Of a DNA stretch of 64,000 bases, positions 33,509 to 42,502 are shown one piece after another (the first letter of the stretch is position 1; each line of letters opens with the position of its first letter). The notes beneath the pieces are model-generated. The model was given only the letters and a program-made list of their open reading frames with translations, did no database searches and was not told where the DNA came from. The DNA is from Nitrospinales bacterium (GTDB lineage Bacteria > Nitrospinota > Nitrospinia > Nitrospinales > VA-1): contig CBDCWG010000012.1 in the NCBI GenBank assembly GCA_965223345.1, forward strand, positions 2,944,001 through 3,008,000, given 5' to 3'. Both the position numbers and the translations under genes were made by a program.

Positions 33509-34493
33509 AGGACGCTCCCAGAAGCAGACCGTAGCGCGGGACGAGATTCACCTCGTTGACCCGCTGGTAAATGGGAATCTGCACGTGCGCGTAAAAGGAG
33601 AGATTGTCTGTCGCCGCCAGGCGCACACCTGGCGTCAGATTGACAAACTCCCCTCCGGTGCTGGGCACATCCTGATCGATGAACGTATCACGACGGGATA
33701 TGCGCGTGTTGATCTGACCGCTCAGTGTCACCTTGTCGTTCAGGACGTAATTAACGCCGGCGTCGATGAAGGTGGTGTCGCCGAATTCATAATCCAGACT
33801 GTTTTCGGTTGTGAACCGGTGCGACAACCCTCCGAACAACTGCACCCGGTTGGGAATGAGCGAATGAATATAAAGTCCGGACAAAATGAAATCGTATGAT
33901 CCGGTGCCCGGCATCAGAGTGGGTTCGTTGATATTGCCTTCATTGTCCCTCAATTTGTATTCCCCGGTGGCGAACTTGACGCCGGCGCCGCCGATGAACT
34001 GGTGCTTGGCAGTTTGCCACAACGAATATTTCGCAAGCAAGGTGATGTCGCCGAACCCGGACGTTCCGTCCACGTTGTTGAATTCTCCCACAGGATCGGC
34101 AGGTGTGATTTCATCGTCGTGCTCGTGCAACCGGTCGTTGAAAAAGGGAATGTTCAACGAAAGCGTGAACTTGTCCGTCACCCCATAACTGACATCGAGC
34201 TGGGCGAGTTTGTTGATGGTTCGAAGTTCCCGATGATGATCCAGCTCTATTTCCCGGTCCTCGAAATTCACTTTCGGCACCAGCACTTCATCCGTGTCGC
34301 CCGATCCCCTCTGCTTGTCATCCTGGGGGATGTAGCGGTAGGACAGATCGACCACGAACCGGCCCTTGCCGGTCAGACCCGACTGGGACCCCGTGATCAG
34401 GGAACAGTTGGAGGAGCCGCAAGCCGCCTCGCTCATCGACGCCAAATTCAACACAAAGCAAATCGCTACAAAAACTACGATTGATCTTTTCAT
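33498..34493 (-). CDS. Outer-membrane transporter-like beta-barrel (MetA/Phenol_MetA_deg-like) with His/Cys motifs
   Basis: Signal peptide then ACGSSNC; DVSYG, GFGDITL, PGTGSYD, QIPIYQ, terminal YGF; HHRE and HEHDD. Confidence 0.75.
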   Translation of the reverse strand: MKRSIVVFVAICFVLNLASMSEAACGSSNCSLITGSQSGLTGKGRFVVDLSYRYIPQDDKQRGSGDTDEVLVPKVNFEDREIELDHHRELRTINKLAQLDVSYGVTDKFTLSLNIPFFNDRLHEHDDEITPADPVGEFNNVDGTSGFGDITLLAKYSLWQTAKHQFIGGAGVKFATGEYKLRDNEGNINEPTLMPGTGSYDFILSGLYIHSLIPNRVQLFGGLSHRFTTENSLDYEFGDTTFIDAGVNYVLNDKVTLSGQINTRISRRDTFIDQDVPSTGGEFVNLTPGVRLAATDNLSFYAHVQIPIYQRVNEVNLVPRYGLLLGASYGF

Positions 34494-34514
34494 GATGCTT
34501 TCTCTCTCATAATC

Positions 34515-34547
34515 GTGAGGCAAATGCGGACCGCGGCCTTGCCTCAC
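34515..34547 (-). promoter_or_regulatory. Stem-loop immediately 5' of the RBS of the 34493 gene
   Basis: 9-bp inverted repeat GTGAGGCAA / TTGCCTCAC with inner GCGG-A-CCGC. Confidence 0.55.
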
Positions 34548-34744
34548 CGGTTGACAACGCAAACCCCACCGCAAACCGGAATGACAAAGCAAACGCGGAT
34601 GGACGCCTTCCCGGATGTCGCGAGGAATTTTTCTAAATAATTATTCTGAAATAGGAACGGAAGTCGGGCGTCCGCCGTTCAAAGCGAACGAAACGAGTGC
34701 AGCACTGAGAAAATACGTGCGGTGCTTTTCCGGCCTCCCGTGGA

Positions 34745-35188
34745 TCAGGATGATTTGGGCGGAGGCGGTGAGGGAGCGTATCGAAGGGATGGATAAAACG
34801 GCTGCGGAATTGAATTCATTCTCCCCGTTGCGAGGGAATCAACTTCGGAGAATTCAGCCAAAGCGGAGAGATTATTGTCGTTGTTGTGGGACGCCGCGGT
34901 GTTGGAGCCGTTGCTGTTGCCGCAGCCCCGGCTCCAGGTCTTTTCGCCGGATTTTTTGGAATTGCCAAACCCTGTCAGCATATGCGGACAGAAACTGAGG
35001 TTTTTATGTTTGTGCATGAGGCAATGCAGCGAGGGTGCGGCTTTTTCGGATTGAAACGGCGACGCCGCATGCGCTACAGGTTGGACCGCATGGGCAGAAT
35101 GGTCGTGGTTCCCCGCAGAAGCCCAGCCCGGCACCGCTCCCGGCCCAAATAGGCCGAGGCATATGACAACCCCAACAATTATTCGCAT
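34745..35188 (-). CDS. Exported His/Cys-rich protein with proline-rich C-terminus (CutF/CruR-like leader candidate)
   Basis: Signal peptide, NHDHSAH, HCLMHKH...CPHM, C-terminus LRYAPSPPPPKSS. Confidence 0.6.
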   Translation of the reverse strand: MRIIVGVVICLGLFGPGAVPGWASAGNHDHSAHAVQPVAHAASPFQSEKAAPSLHCLMHKHKNLSFCPHMLTGFGNSKKSGEKTWSRGCGNSNGSNTAASHNNDNNLSALAEFSEVDSLATGRMNSIPQPFYPSLRYAPSPPPPKSS

Positions 35189-35620
35189 AATCCCAAATAG
35201 CGTATTTACGCCAGAATTGTCAAGGTAATTGCAGGGAGTTCAGCAGTCCGAAGTGGCGGATTCACGTTGCTCCGGGGTTGGAAGGTTCCGCGCCGCCCTG
35301 TCCCACGCGCGCAGGAAATGCAGAGCCGCAGAACGGTACGAAGGGGAGCCTGAAACCCCGGCCACTTCGTCGAATGCGCGCGCCGCCTGCAAGGTCCCGA
35401 CCGGCTGTACTTTTTTTAGTTGCCATTTCAGCACACTCCACCCTATGCACGCCGGAACCGCCCGTCCCGCCTCGCGCCTTCTTCCTCAGTTTCACAATCA
35501 ACTCAAATGAAACGTATCAATTTCACATTTTAGCTGTATACTTAAAATGTGAATGTATGCAATGCCGGTCCAGAATGATACCTCGAACAATCCGCGTTTC
35601 CTCTCACCTCATGAGGCGTT

Positions 35621-36577
35621 TTGGAAAACAAGGAGCAGGCAATACAGGGCCATTTGATTCATCTCATCGCCCTTTGCTTCCTGGCTGCCGGTCTTCTCCT
35701 TCCGGCGTGTACCGATTCCGGTCCTTCCGCTTTTTACTCTCCTGAAGAACTCGGGCAGTTCCGGCGCAATTTCCAGGTCACGGAAAACATCATCGCCGAG
35801 CTGAAACTCATCCACCAGCAAACCCAGACCCGTCCGCGCCCCATCAGAATCGAGATCACCCAGCGCCAGCCGCGCCACGTGTGGCACAAGGCCAGGCTGA
35901 TCGACCTGTCGATTCAGAATCTGAAATACCGCAATGGCCTGGATGCGAAACCCTACCCTTACATCAACCCAAAAAAAATTGTGCCCACCGATGTCTACAA
36001 CCTGCTCAGCCAGATCCTGAAGGATATCCGCAGCCTGCGCGCCGCTTACGGCGTCACGAGGGATGCCAAGCCCGCTCCGCCGCCGAAGACCGCCTTGCCG
36101 CAGGATGTCTACATGAATCTGGAGCGGGTCAATCAGATGATCCTCGGGATCGACAACCGCGCCATTTCTCCGCGTGATCTGTATTTGATCACATTTGACA
36201 TCGTGTCCCGGCTGCGGCAGATCCGCAGTCACGAGGGCATCACCGTGCCCATCGCAGCGATTTCCCCTTCCAGTCACAAACATCCCCGCGATGTCTATAA
36301 AAAATCACTTCTATTTCATTCCAAACTGAAACGGCTTGCAGAAAAACGGGGTTATTTCCTTGCAGGGGGTGTGGTGCTCTTGAACCAGAAAAAAACCCGG
36401 ATCATCCCCAGCGATGTGATGGACGTGCTGACGAACATCACGGCGGACGTGGAGGCCATGAGCGCTTCCATGAACCTGCCCCGCACAAAAGCGTCGCCCT
36501 TGCCGGAAAAAATCTCGCCTTCCAAAGCATTTGACAAGATCAACGAGGGCATCGCGGTCGTGGAGACGATGCTGTGA
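35621..36577 (+). CDS. Hypothetical lipoprotein with repeated PxDVY-capped helices
   Basis: LPAC lipobox; PTDVY, PQDVY, PRDLY, PRDVY, PSDVM; stop overlaps the kinase start (GTGA). Confidence 0.7.
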   Translation: MENKEQAIQGHLIHLIALCFLAAGLLLPACTDSGPSAFYSPEELGQFRRNFQVTENIIAELKLIHQQTQTRPRPIRIEITQRQPRHVWHKARLIDLSIQNLKYRNGLDAKPYPYINPKKIVPTDVYNLLSQILKDIRSLRAAYGVTRDAKPAPPPKTALPQDVYMNLERVNQMILGIDNRAISPRDLYLITFDIVSRLRQIRSHEGITVPIAAISPSSHKHPRDVYKKSLLFHSKLKRLAEKRGYFLAGGVVLLNQKKTRIIPSDVMDVLTNITADVEAMSASMNLPRTKASPLPEKISPSKAFDKINEGIAVVETML

Positions 36578-38646
36578 ACGCTCCTGCCGGCGCGCCCCCC
36601 ACCCGCTTTCCACTTGCGTTTTTTTACATCACAGCCGTTGTCTGCGTGCTGCCGTTCGGGCTCAACCTGGCAGGGTTTGACTTCGGCTCGGAAGTGCACG
36701 GCTTTCACGTCGAGGAAATCGCATCCTGGGGCATCAGCGGAGCGGCCCTGGCCGATGAGATGTTCTACACGCTCACCGGGGCGCTGGAGCACGGTCTGCT
36801 GGAATGGAGCGCGGTCTGCGTGGCGGCGCTCACCATCCTGCTCGCATTCTGCCATTTTGCCGTCAATAAAGATATCACGACCCCCATCATCGGCATCGCC
36901 CTGTTCTGCTCCGGCGCCATGGACGCGTTTCATACCCTGGCGGCCATGCGCCTGATCGAAGCCGTCGCAGAAAACAGCAATCTCATTCCCTTCACCTGGG
37001 CGCTGTCGCGCACGTTCAACGCGGTCATTCTCATCACTGGCGTGGTGATCTGTCTTAAATGGAACGTCACGAGCACCCGTGCCGGTGTGACACAGATTCT
37101 GGCGGTCGGACTCTTCTTCGCCGGCCTGGCCTATTTTCTGATTTCGTTCACCGCTTCCCGGGAAAACCTGCCCCTCTCTCAATTCCCGGACGCTTTCATC
37201 ACCCGCCCTTACGATGTGGCTCCTTTGGTCTTGTTCGCCCTGGGAGCGCCGTTTTTCTGGAGACTGTACCGCAAGAATCCCAACCTGCTCACCGCTTCTC
37301 TGGTCATCGCCCTCATCCCGCAGATCATCCTGGAAGCCCACGCGGCGTTTGGCTCTTCCACCCTGTTCGACAATCATTTCAACATCGCCCATTTCCTCAA
37401 AATCATCGCTTACTTCGTTCCCTTTATGGGACTGGCTCTGGATTACATCGAAACGCAAAAAAAACTGACGTCCGTGATCGATGACTTGAAAGAGTCAAAC
37501 AAACATATAAAGCAGATCGGAGCGACTCTGGAGGAAAGCCAGCGCCGTACCAATGCGATTTTGGACAACGCCGTGGACGGCATCATCACTATCGATAAGG
37601 AAGGCACCATCGATCAAATCAATGCCGCCGCAGAGAAGATTTTCGGTTACAAAACAGACGAGGTCCTGGGAAAGAACGTGAAGATGTTGATGCCGGATCC
37701 GTACCACAGTGAGCACGATGACTATCTTTCGAATTACTTCAAGACCGGAAACAAAAATATCATCGGGTTTGAGAGAGAGTTCACAGGCCGGCGGAAGGAC
37801 GGAACGCATTTTCCGATGACCCTGGCTGTGGGTGAGATCAACTTTGAAAACCACACGCTGTACACGGGCATCGTCCGCGACATCACGCAGCAGAAAAGAA
37901 TGGAGAAAGAGAGAGCGAATCTGATCGAAAACCTGCGTGACACCAACGAAGAGCTGGAAGAATTCACCTACAGGACGTCACACGACCTCAAGGCGCCGCT
38001 CGTGAACATACGGGGTTTGAGCGACATCATGAAGGAGGATCTCAAAGACGGGGACTATGAGGAGGTGTCGGCCAATATCGATAAGCTGGGCGCCCTGTCC
38101 TTAAAACTGGAACTGCTCGTGGAAGACATCGTCGAAGCGGCCAAAATCGATCGCGTGAATGAAACCCTTGAAGAGGTGGACATCACCGAAGAAGTGACTT
38201 TGATCAAAGAACACCTGAACACTCTGATCGACGAAAAACAGGTGGACATCCAGATTGAGGATAAAAGCAAAAAACCCCTATGGGTGCAAAGAGGCGTCCT
38301 TCAAGGCGTGCTCGAAAACCTGATCTCAAACGCCGTCAAGTATTCCGACCCTGGAAAACCAGAGCGATTCGTCAAAGTGATCGTGACCGGCAGCAACAGC
38401 GACACCCACATTCAGGTTCTGGACAACGGGCTAGGCATTCCGCAAAAAAATTTCGATCAGGTGTTCGGCATGTTCAAACGCTTTCACAAGGAATCGTCGT
38501 TCGGGAGCGGGCTCGGCCTCTATCTGGTCAAGAAGAACCTCAATAAAATCAAAGCCAGTATATCCTTTGAAAGCAGCCCCGCAGGTACCGCGTTCACCAT
38601 CGTGCTTCCCGGTTCAAGGCGGAAATCCGCACAGCAGGTCCGCTGA
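36574..38646 (+). CDS. Sensor histidine kinase (MASE3-like membrane domain, FixL-like PAS, HisKA, HATPase)
   Basis: HGLLEW..., DAFHTL, WALSR; PAS NVKMLMPDPYHSEHDDYL; SHDLKAPL; NLISNAVKY, DNGLGI, GSGLGL. Confidence 0.92.
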   Translation: MNAPAGAPPTRFPLAFFYITAVVCVLPFGLNLAGFDFGSEVHGFHVEEIASWGISGAALADEMFYTLTGALEHGLLEWSAVCVAALTILLAFCHFAVNKDITTPIIGIALFCSGAMDAFHTLAAMRLIEAVAENSNLIPFTWALSRTFNAVILITGVVICLKWNVTSTRAGVTQILAVGLFFAGLAYFLISFTASRENLPLSQFPDAFITRPYDVAPLVLFALGAPFFWRLYRKNPNLLTASLVIALIPQIILEAHAAFGSSTLFDNHFNIAHFLKIIAYFVPFMGLALDYIETQKKLTSVIDDLKESNKHIKQIGATLEESQRRTNAILDNAVDGIITIDKEGTIDQINAAAEKIFGYKTDEVLGKNVKMLMPDPYHSEHDDYLSNYFKTGNKNIIGFEREFTGRRKDGTHFPMTLAVGEINFENHTLYTGIVRDITQQKRMEKERANLIENLRDTNEELEEFTYRTSHDLKAPLVNIRGLSDIMKEDLKDGDYEEVSANIDKLGALSLKLELLVEDIVEAAKIDRVNETLEEVDITEEVTLIKEHLNTLIDEKQVDIQIEDKSKKPLWVQRGVLQGVLENLISNAVKYSDPGKPERFVKVIVTGSNSDTHIQVLDNGLGIPQKNFDQVFGMFKRFHKESSFGSGLGLYLVKKNLNKIKASISFESSPAGTAFTIVLPGSRRKSAQQVR

Positions 38647-38648
38647 GT

Positions 38649-39059
38649 TCACTCCAATATTTTGACGATGGTTTCGAGGTGTTCGGTCGTGAACGGCTTC
38701 ACGAAATACTCCTTCACCTCGGGGTACTGGGTGGCCTTATCTTTATCTTTGTGCTGGTTGGACGAGGTGAGCATCAATATGATGAGACTGCCTTTTTTCT
38801 CCTCCGGCAGTTTTTTGTATTCCTCCAAAAATTCAAAGCCATCGAGGCGCGGCATGTTGATGTCCAGCAGGATCGCCACCGGCGGGAATTTGCCGTCGAA
38901 CTTTTTTTGACTCTCTTCGAATTCCACAAAGTGATCCAGCGCTTCCTGCCCGTCTTCAAATGAATAAAACGTTTCGACCAGTCCGGATTTATTGACGATT
39001 CTGCTGACCTGATACACGTCGATCTCATTGTCATCTACCATACACAGCGATTTCAGCAT
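38649..39059 (-). CDS. Single-domain response regulator
   Basis: VDDNEID, LLDINMPRLDGFEFL, MLTSS, KP. Confidence 0.92.
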   Translation of the reverse strand: MLKSLCMVDDNEIDVYQVSRIVNKSGLVETFYSFEDGQEALDHFVEFEESQKKFDGKFPPVAILLDINMPRLDGFEFLEEYKKLPEEKKGSLIILMLTSSNQHKDKDKATQYPEVKEYFVKPFTTEHLETIVKILE

Positions 39060-39295
39060 AATGATCCCCCTCAGGATTGAGAATTCGCGAGAATCCATGA
39101 CGTTGCGATGTTCCACGATCATGGCTTGAGAAGTGGTGTTCTAATCTACAGGGAAGCAAACTGCGTGCTGCGTGATGCCGGCTAACCTTTAATGCCCAAA
39201 CCAGAGAAGCATATACAATCCATGATGGAAAGTAAACCAGCCCGCGTTAATCGGACGATCGATTTCGCGCCGGCTTCGTCATCCTGCATTCCCGT

Positions 39296-39784
39296 TCAAT
39301 GCGAATGCAGGGAGATGGCGAGCGGCTTGGTGGATTCGTTGAATTTGAACAGCGCGTCGGCGTAATCGGGCGCGCCGAAATACGAGATGGGGTTGTTGGA
39401 GATGCCAATGGCCTCTTTGGGCATGCCGAGAAAACCCCGGGTCATTTTTCCGCTGTTGTCCGCGTCGTGCAGGACGGAAACGACGTACTCGCCGAAAGCG
39501 ACCCCTTCGATCACGATTTCCATGATCTCATGGGTGACCTCTCCGGTGACGGACCGCAGGGCCTTGCTGGAATCCAAAGGATACCCCTCCTCGGAATCGA
39601 ACACATTGACGATGAACTGGCCGCTGCCGCTTTTGAACCCCCTCGCCATGATGACGAGATTGCCGCTGGTTTTAGTAGCGTTATCGACCTGCGTTTTCTC
39701 TTCGGCCGCCGCTGCCACGGACACGATCCACAATCCTGCCAGAATCACGGCCGCATTCATCAAGGTAACGATGCTGTTTCGCAC
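39296..39784 (-). CDS. DUF2141 family exported protein
   Basis: GEYVVSVLHDADNSGKM, GMPKEAIGISNNP, GAPDY; GGAGG RBS with GTG start. Confidence 0.85.
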   Translation of the reverse strand: MRNSIVTLMNAAVILAGLWIVSVAAAAEEKTQVDNATKTSGNLVIMARGFKSGSGQFIVNVFDSEEGYPLDSSKALRSVTGEVTHEIMEIVIEGVAFGEYVVSVLHDADNSGKMTRGFLGMPKEAIGISNNPISYFGAPDYADALFKFNESTKPLAISLHSH

Positions 39785-40219
39785 TGGTTCCTCCCGTTCG
39801 ATTCGATTTGAGCCCCACCAAAGTGAATTCCGTAAACTCCTGAGCATACCGCATCGGGATGAAAAAAAACAGCCGACGCCGAAGGGGTCAAATCCAGGTC
39901 GCATTCCCGCACCGGTTCGATTCGGGCCTGCGATGTCGTGTGTCTTCGCTGTTTCTCCCATCGCCGGGCCGTTTTCGGATCATCCTGTGGAGCCGGAGCC
40001 CGGTGCGCCGCTGAGGCCCTGTTTTCCTTGTTTTCGTTATCGGGACGCGGTCTTTTTCGGGTGTCGCGAACACGGCGTTGCCGGCCGGCGCCTTTTCCGA
40101 TCCTCCTGCCGTAAGCGGGCCGGCGCGATTTTTGCGCTGGTAAATATGGAATGGAAATTTTCCAGCAAATTTGGGATAATTTGTCATTCTTATAACCGGG
40201 AAAATACTTCTATTTTATC

Positions 40220-41329
40220 ATGACGCAGACAATGGGAACCCAAGCAGGCCGAATCGCCAATAGCACATTCCTCTTATTGCTGATCCTTGCGGTTTTCTGT
40301 TCCTGGGCGCAGGCGCAGTCCCATTCATTCGACGAGGATCTGTACTGGTCCGGAGACACCGAGATCGAAGATTCTTTCAGCGAAACGGCGGCCACGCCGC
40401 CGCGCAATGATTTCGAGGCGGCGGAAGAAGAGGAAGAGCCGGCCGAGGCCGTGCCCGAATACCGCAAGGCGCAGTTCCGCAAAATCATCGCCGTATCGCG
40501 ATTCGAAAACCGCACCACCGCGGCGGGACAGATCAACCTGGGCAGCGGCATGTCCGACCAGTTGACCAACGCCCTGGTGCAGAGCGACAACTTCATCGTT
40601 CTGGAACGGCAGGGGCTGTCGGATGTTCTGCGCGAGCAGGATTTCGCCCGCAGCGGCCGCGCGGCGCAAAGCACCGTGGCGCGCACGGGACAGGCGATTT
40701 CAGCGCAGATTCTGATCAAGGGAACGGTCACGGAATTTGCCGAGAACGAATCGGGCGGCGGCGCGGGGATCAGCTTCAAGGGATTCACGGTCGGCACCGA
40801 AAGCGTCGAGTCGCATGTGGCGCTGATTCTGCGCATCATCGACACGACGACCGGGCAGGTGCTGGATTCGGTGCGGCTGGAGGGCAAGGCCAAGGGGTCA
40901 GGCTACAAATTCGGCGTCGCCTACATGGGGTTCGGCTTCGATGCGGAAAAATTCAAGAACACCGCCCTGAGCAAGTCCGTCCAGATCGTGATCGACAACG
41001 CCGTGGAGATGATCTCCAGGAATCTCAACGAACTGCCGTTCGAAGGGAAAATCGTCAAAGTCAAAGACGACACCTACTACACCAACATCGGTAGCCGCAA
41101 CAAGGTATCGGGCGGCGATGTGTTCGACGTGTACTCCCCGGAGGACGTCCTCATCGATCCGGACACCGGAGAAAACCTCGGCTCACTGCGCAAAAAGGTG
41201 GGCACGGTGGTGATCTCCATGCCGCAGGAAAAGTATTCCAAGGCTTTCGCCAGCCAGGGGCAGGCCTTCAAAAAAGGCTACGTCCTGAGAGAACGGCCGC
41301 AAGACCGGGATTTTGCCGAAAACTTCTGA
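40220..41329 (+). CDS. CsgG/HfaB-family protein with FlgT-C-like C-terminal domain
   Basis: IAVSRFEN, GMSDQLTNALVQSDNFIVLERQGL..VLREQ, LIKGTVTEF, RIIDTTTGQV; C-terminal NIGS...GDVFDVY...LIDPDTGENLG. Confidence 0.85.
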   Translation: MTQTMGTQAGRIANSTFLLLLILAVFCSWAQAQSHSFDEDLYWSGDTEIEDSFSETAATPPRNDFEAAEEEEEPAEAVPEYRKAQFRKIIAVSRFENRTTAAGQINLGSGMSDQLTNALVQSDNFIVLERQGLSDVLREQDFARSGRAAQSTVARTGQAISAQILIKGTVTEFAENESGGGAGISFKGFTVGTESVESHVALILRIIDTTTGQVLDSVRLEGKAKGSGYKFGVAYMGFGFDAEKFKNTALSKSVQIVIDNAVEMISRNLNELPFEGKIVKVKDDTYYTNIGSRNKVSGGDVFDVYSPEDVLIDPDTGENLGSLRKKVGTVVISMPQEKYSKAFASQGQAFKKGYVLRERPQDRDFAENF

Positions 41330-41339
41330 CTCCGCTCAC

Positions 41340-41366
41340 AAAAAAACCGGGTCCGCATGGACCCGG
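41340..41366 (-). terminator. Intrinsic terminator
   Basis: A7-CCGGGTCC-GCAT-GGACCCGG. Confidence 0.7.
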
Positions 41367-41385
41367 CCGATCTGTATGCGACGCT

Positions 41386-41787
41386 TCACCGATGAGTGGG
41401 TGATGGAGGGGGAATGGCGAACACGCTGTCTTCTTCTCCCTCCTCCTCGACTTCCTCATCGTCGTCCTCGCCGATTTTCACAGGCTCCACGTTCTTCCAG
41501 CGGTTGAGCGCCTTCTTGCGGCATTTTATCCGCATGTCCTGCAGCTGCCTCCGGCATTCCGCTTTGGCCTTGCCGAATTTGGATCGGCATTCCTTGGCTT
41601 TGAGACTCAGCTTATGACCAGTGCAGGTGTGAATCCTCGCCTCGAACTCCTTTTCCTTGGACTTTTTAAACAAGGTTTGCGCCAGCAGCACGGGTTCGTT
41701 CATTTCTGCGGCGAACGCCGGGAAACTCCAGATCCCGAGGCACATCCAAAACGCAATGTTGAATCCTATCCACTGTTTTGCTTGCAT
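41386..41787 (-). CDS. Exported hypothetical protein, basic Cys-containing core with acidic tail
   Basis: Signal ending PAFA; four Cys at 11-12 aa spacing in a K/R-rich region; EDDDEEVEEEGEED tail; GGAG RBS. Confidence 0.65.
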   Translation of the reverse strand: MQAKQWIGFNIAFWMCLGIWSFPAFAAEMNEPVLLAQTLFKKSKEKEFEARIHTCTGHKLSLKAKECRSKFGKAKAECRRQLQDMRIKCRKKALNRWKNVEPVKIGEDDDEEVEEEGEEDSVFAIPPPSPTHR

Positions 41788-42259
41788 TGCAATCTCCGAA
41801 GCTCAAGGCGGTCAAGGGGTTGACGATCGATGCGGGTTTGGATTGCGCGGGCCGCAACCGGTCCGTCGGGTCCATCCTGCCTTTCATTGTAGCGTTTCAG
41901 ACGGGATGGTAGTGGTTTTTCTTGTCATTGAGGGTGCAATTGCCCGCTTCCGGGTAGCCTGCACCGGCAGAAACCCCGGTTTTTCAAAGGCGGTGTTGCG
42001 TAACGGGTTCACCGCACCCGTGTCGAAAACGCACAGGCCACAGGTCCGGCCGCACACGGCTATAGCATACTCCCTCGAGCGGAATTAAACAAATTTTGTG
42101 ATAAAAACCCCATGATTATGTGATTTTTTCCCTCGGCAACTTCCCTGCGTCCGCCTATATTAAGGGCGGAAAAACAGACTGGAAAGATAGGGTGGCGGAT
42201 CCTAGGCGGGAAAACGGAAAAACCGTCCGATCCGGCCCCGAACAGGGAGGGAAGCCATC

Positions 42260-42496
42260 ATGGAAGCGGCTGAAAACAGCAGGCAACCGGGCTATGCGGC
42301 GCAATCCGACCCCAGGATCGACACGCTGCAGTTTCTGAAGATGTTCACCGAAATATTCAAGCAATCCGGGGAGGAACTTGAGCCGTCGAAGCACAAGGTC
42401 TTCGCCAAAAACAGCTCCCCCGACAAGGCGGTGCGCCAGTATCAGGATATCCGGCTCGCCCTCAACCCGTCCCGCCCCGTCTCCCACACGGAGTGA
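42260..42496 (+). CDS. Small hypothetical protein
   Basis: AGGGAGGG RBS; 78-aa ORF in the same frame as the next gene. Confidence 0.5.
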   Translation: MEAAENSRQPGYAAQSDPRIDTLQFLKMFTEIFKQSGEELEPSKHKVFAKNSSPDKAVRQYQDIRLALNPSRPVSHTE

Positions 42497-42502
42497 GCGG
42501 CG

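Noticed and set aside
42494..42496. In-frame TGA as selenocysteine
   Set aside because: No redox-motif context, no evident SECIS hairpin, and the downstream ORF has its own RBS
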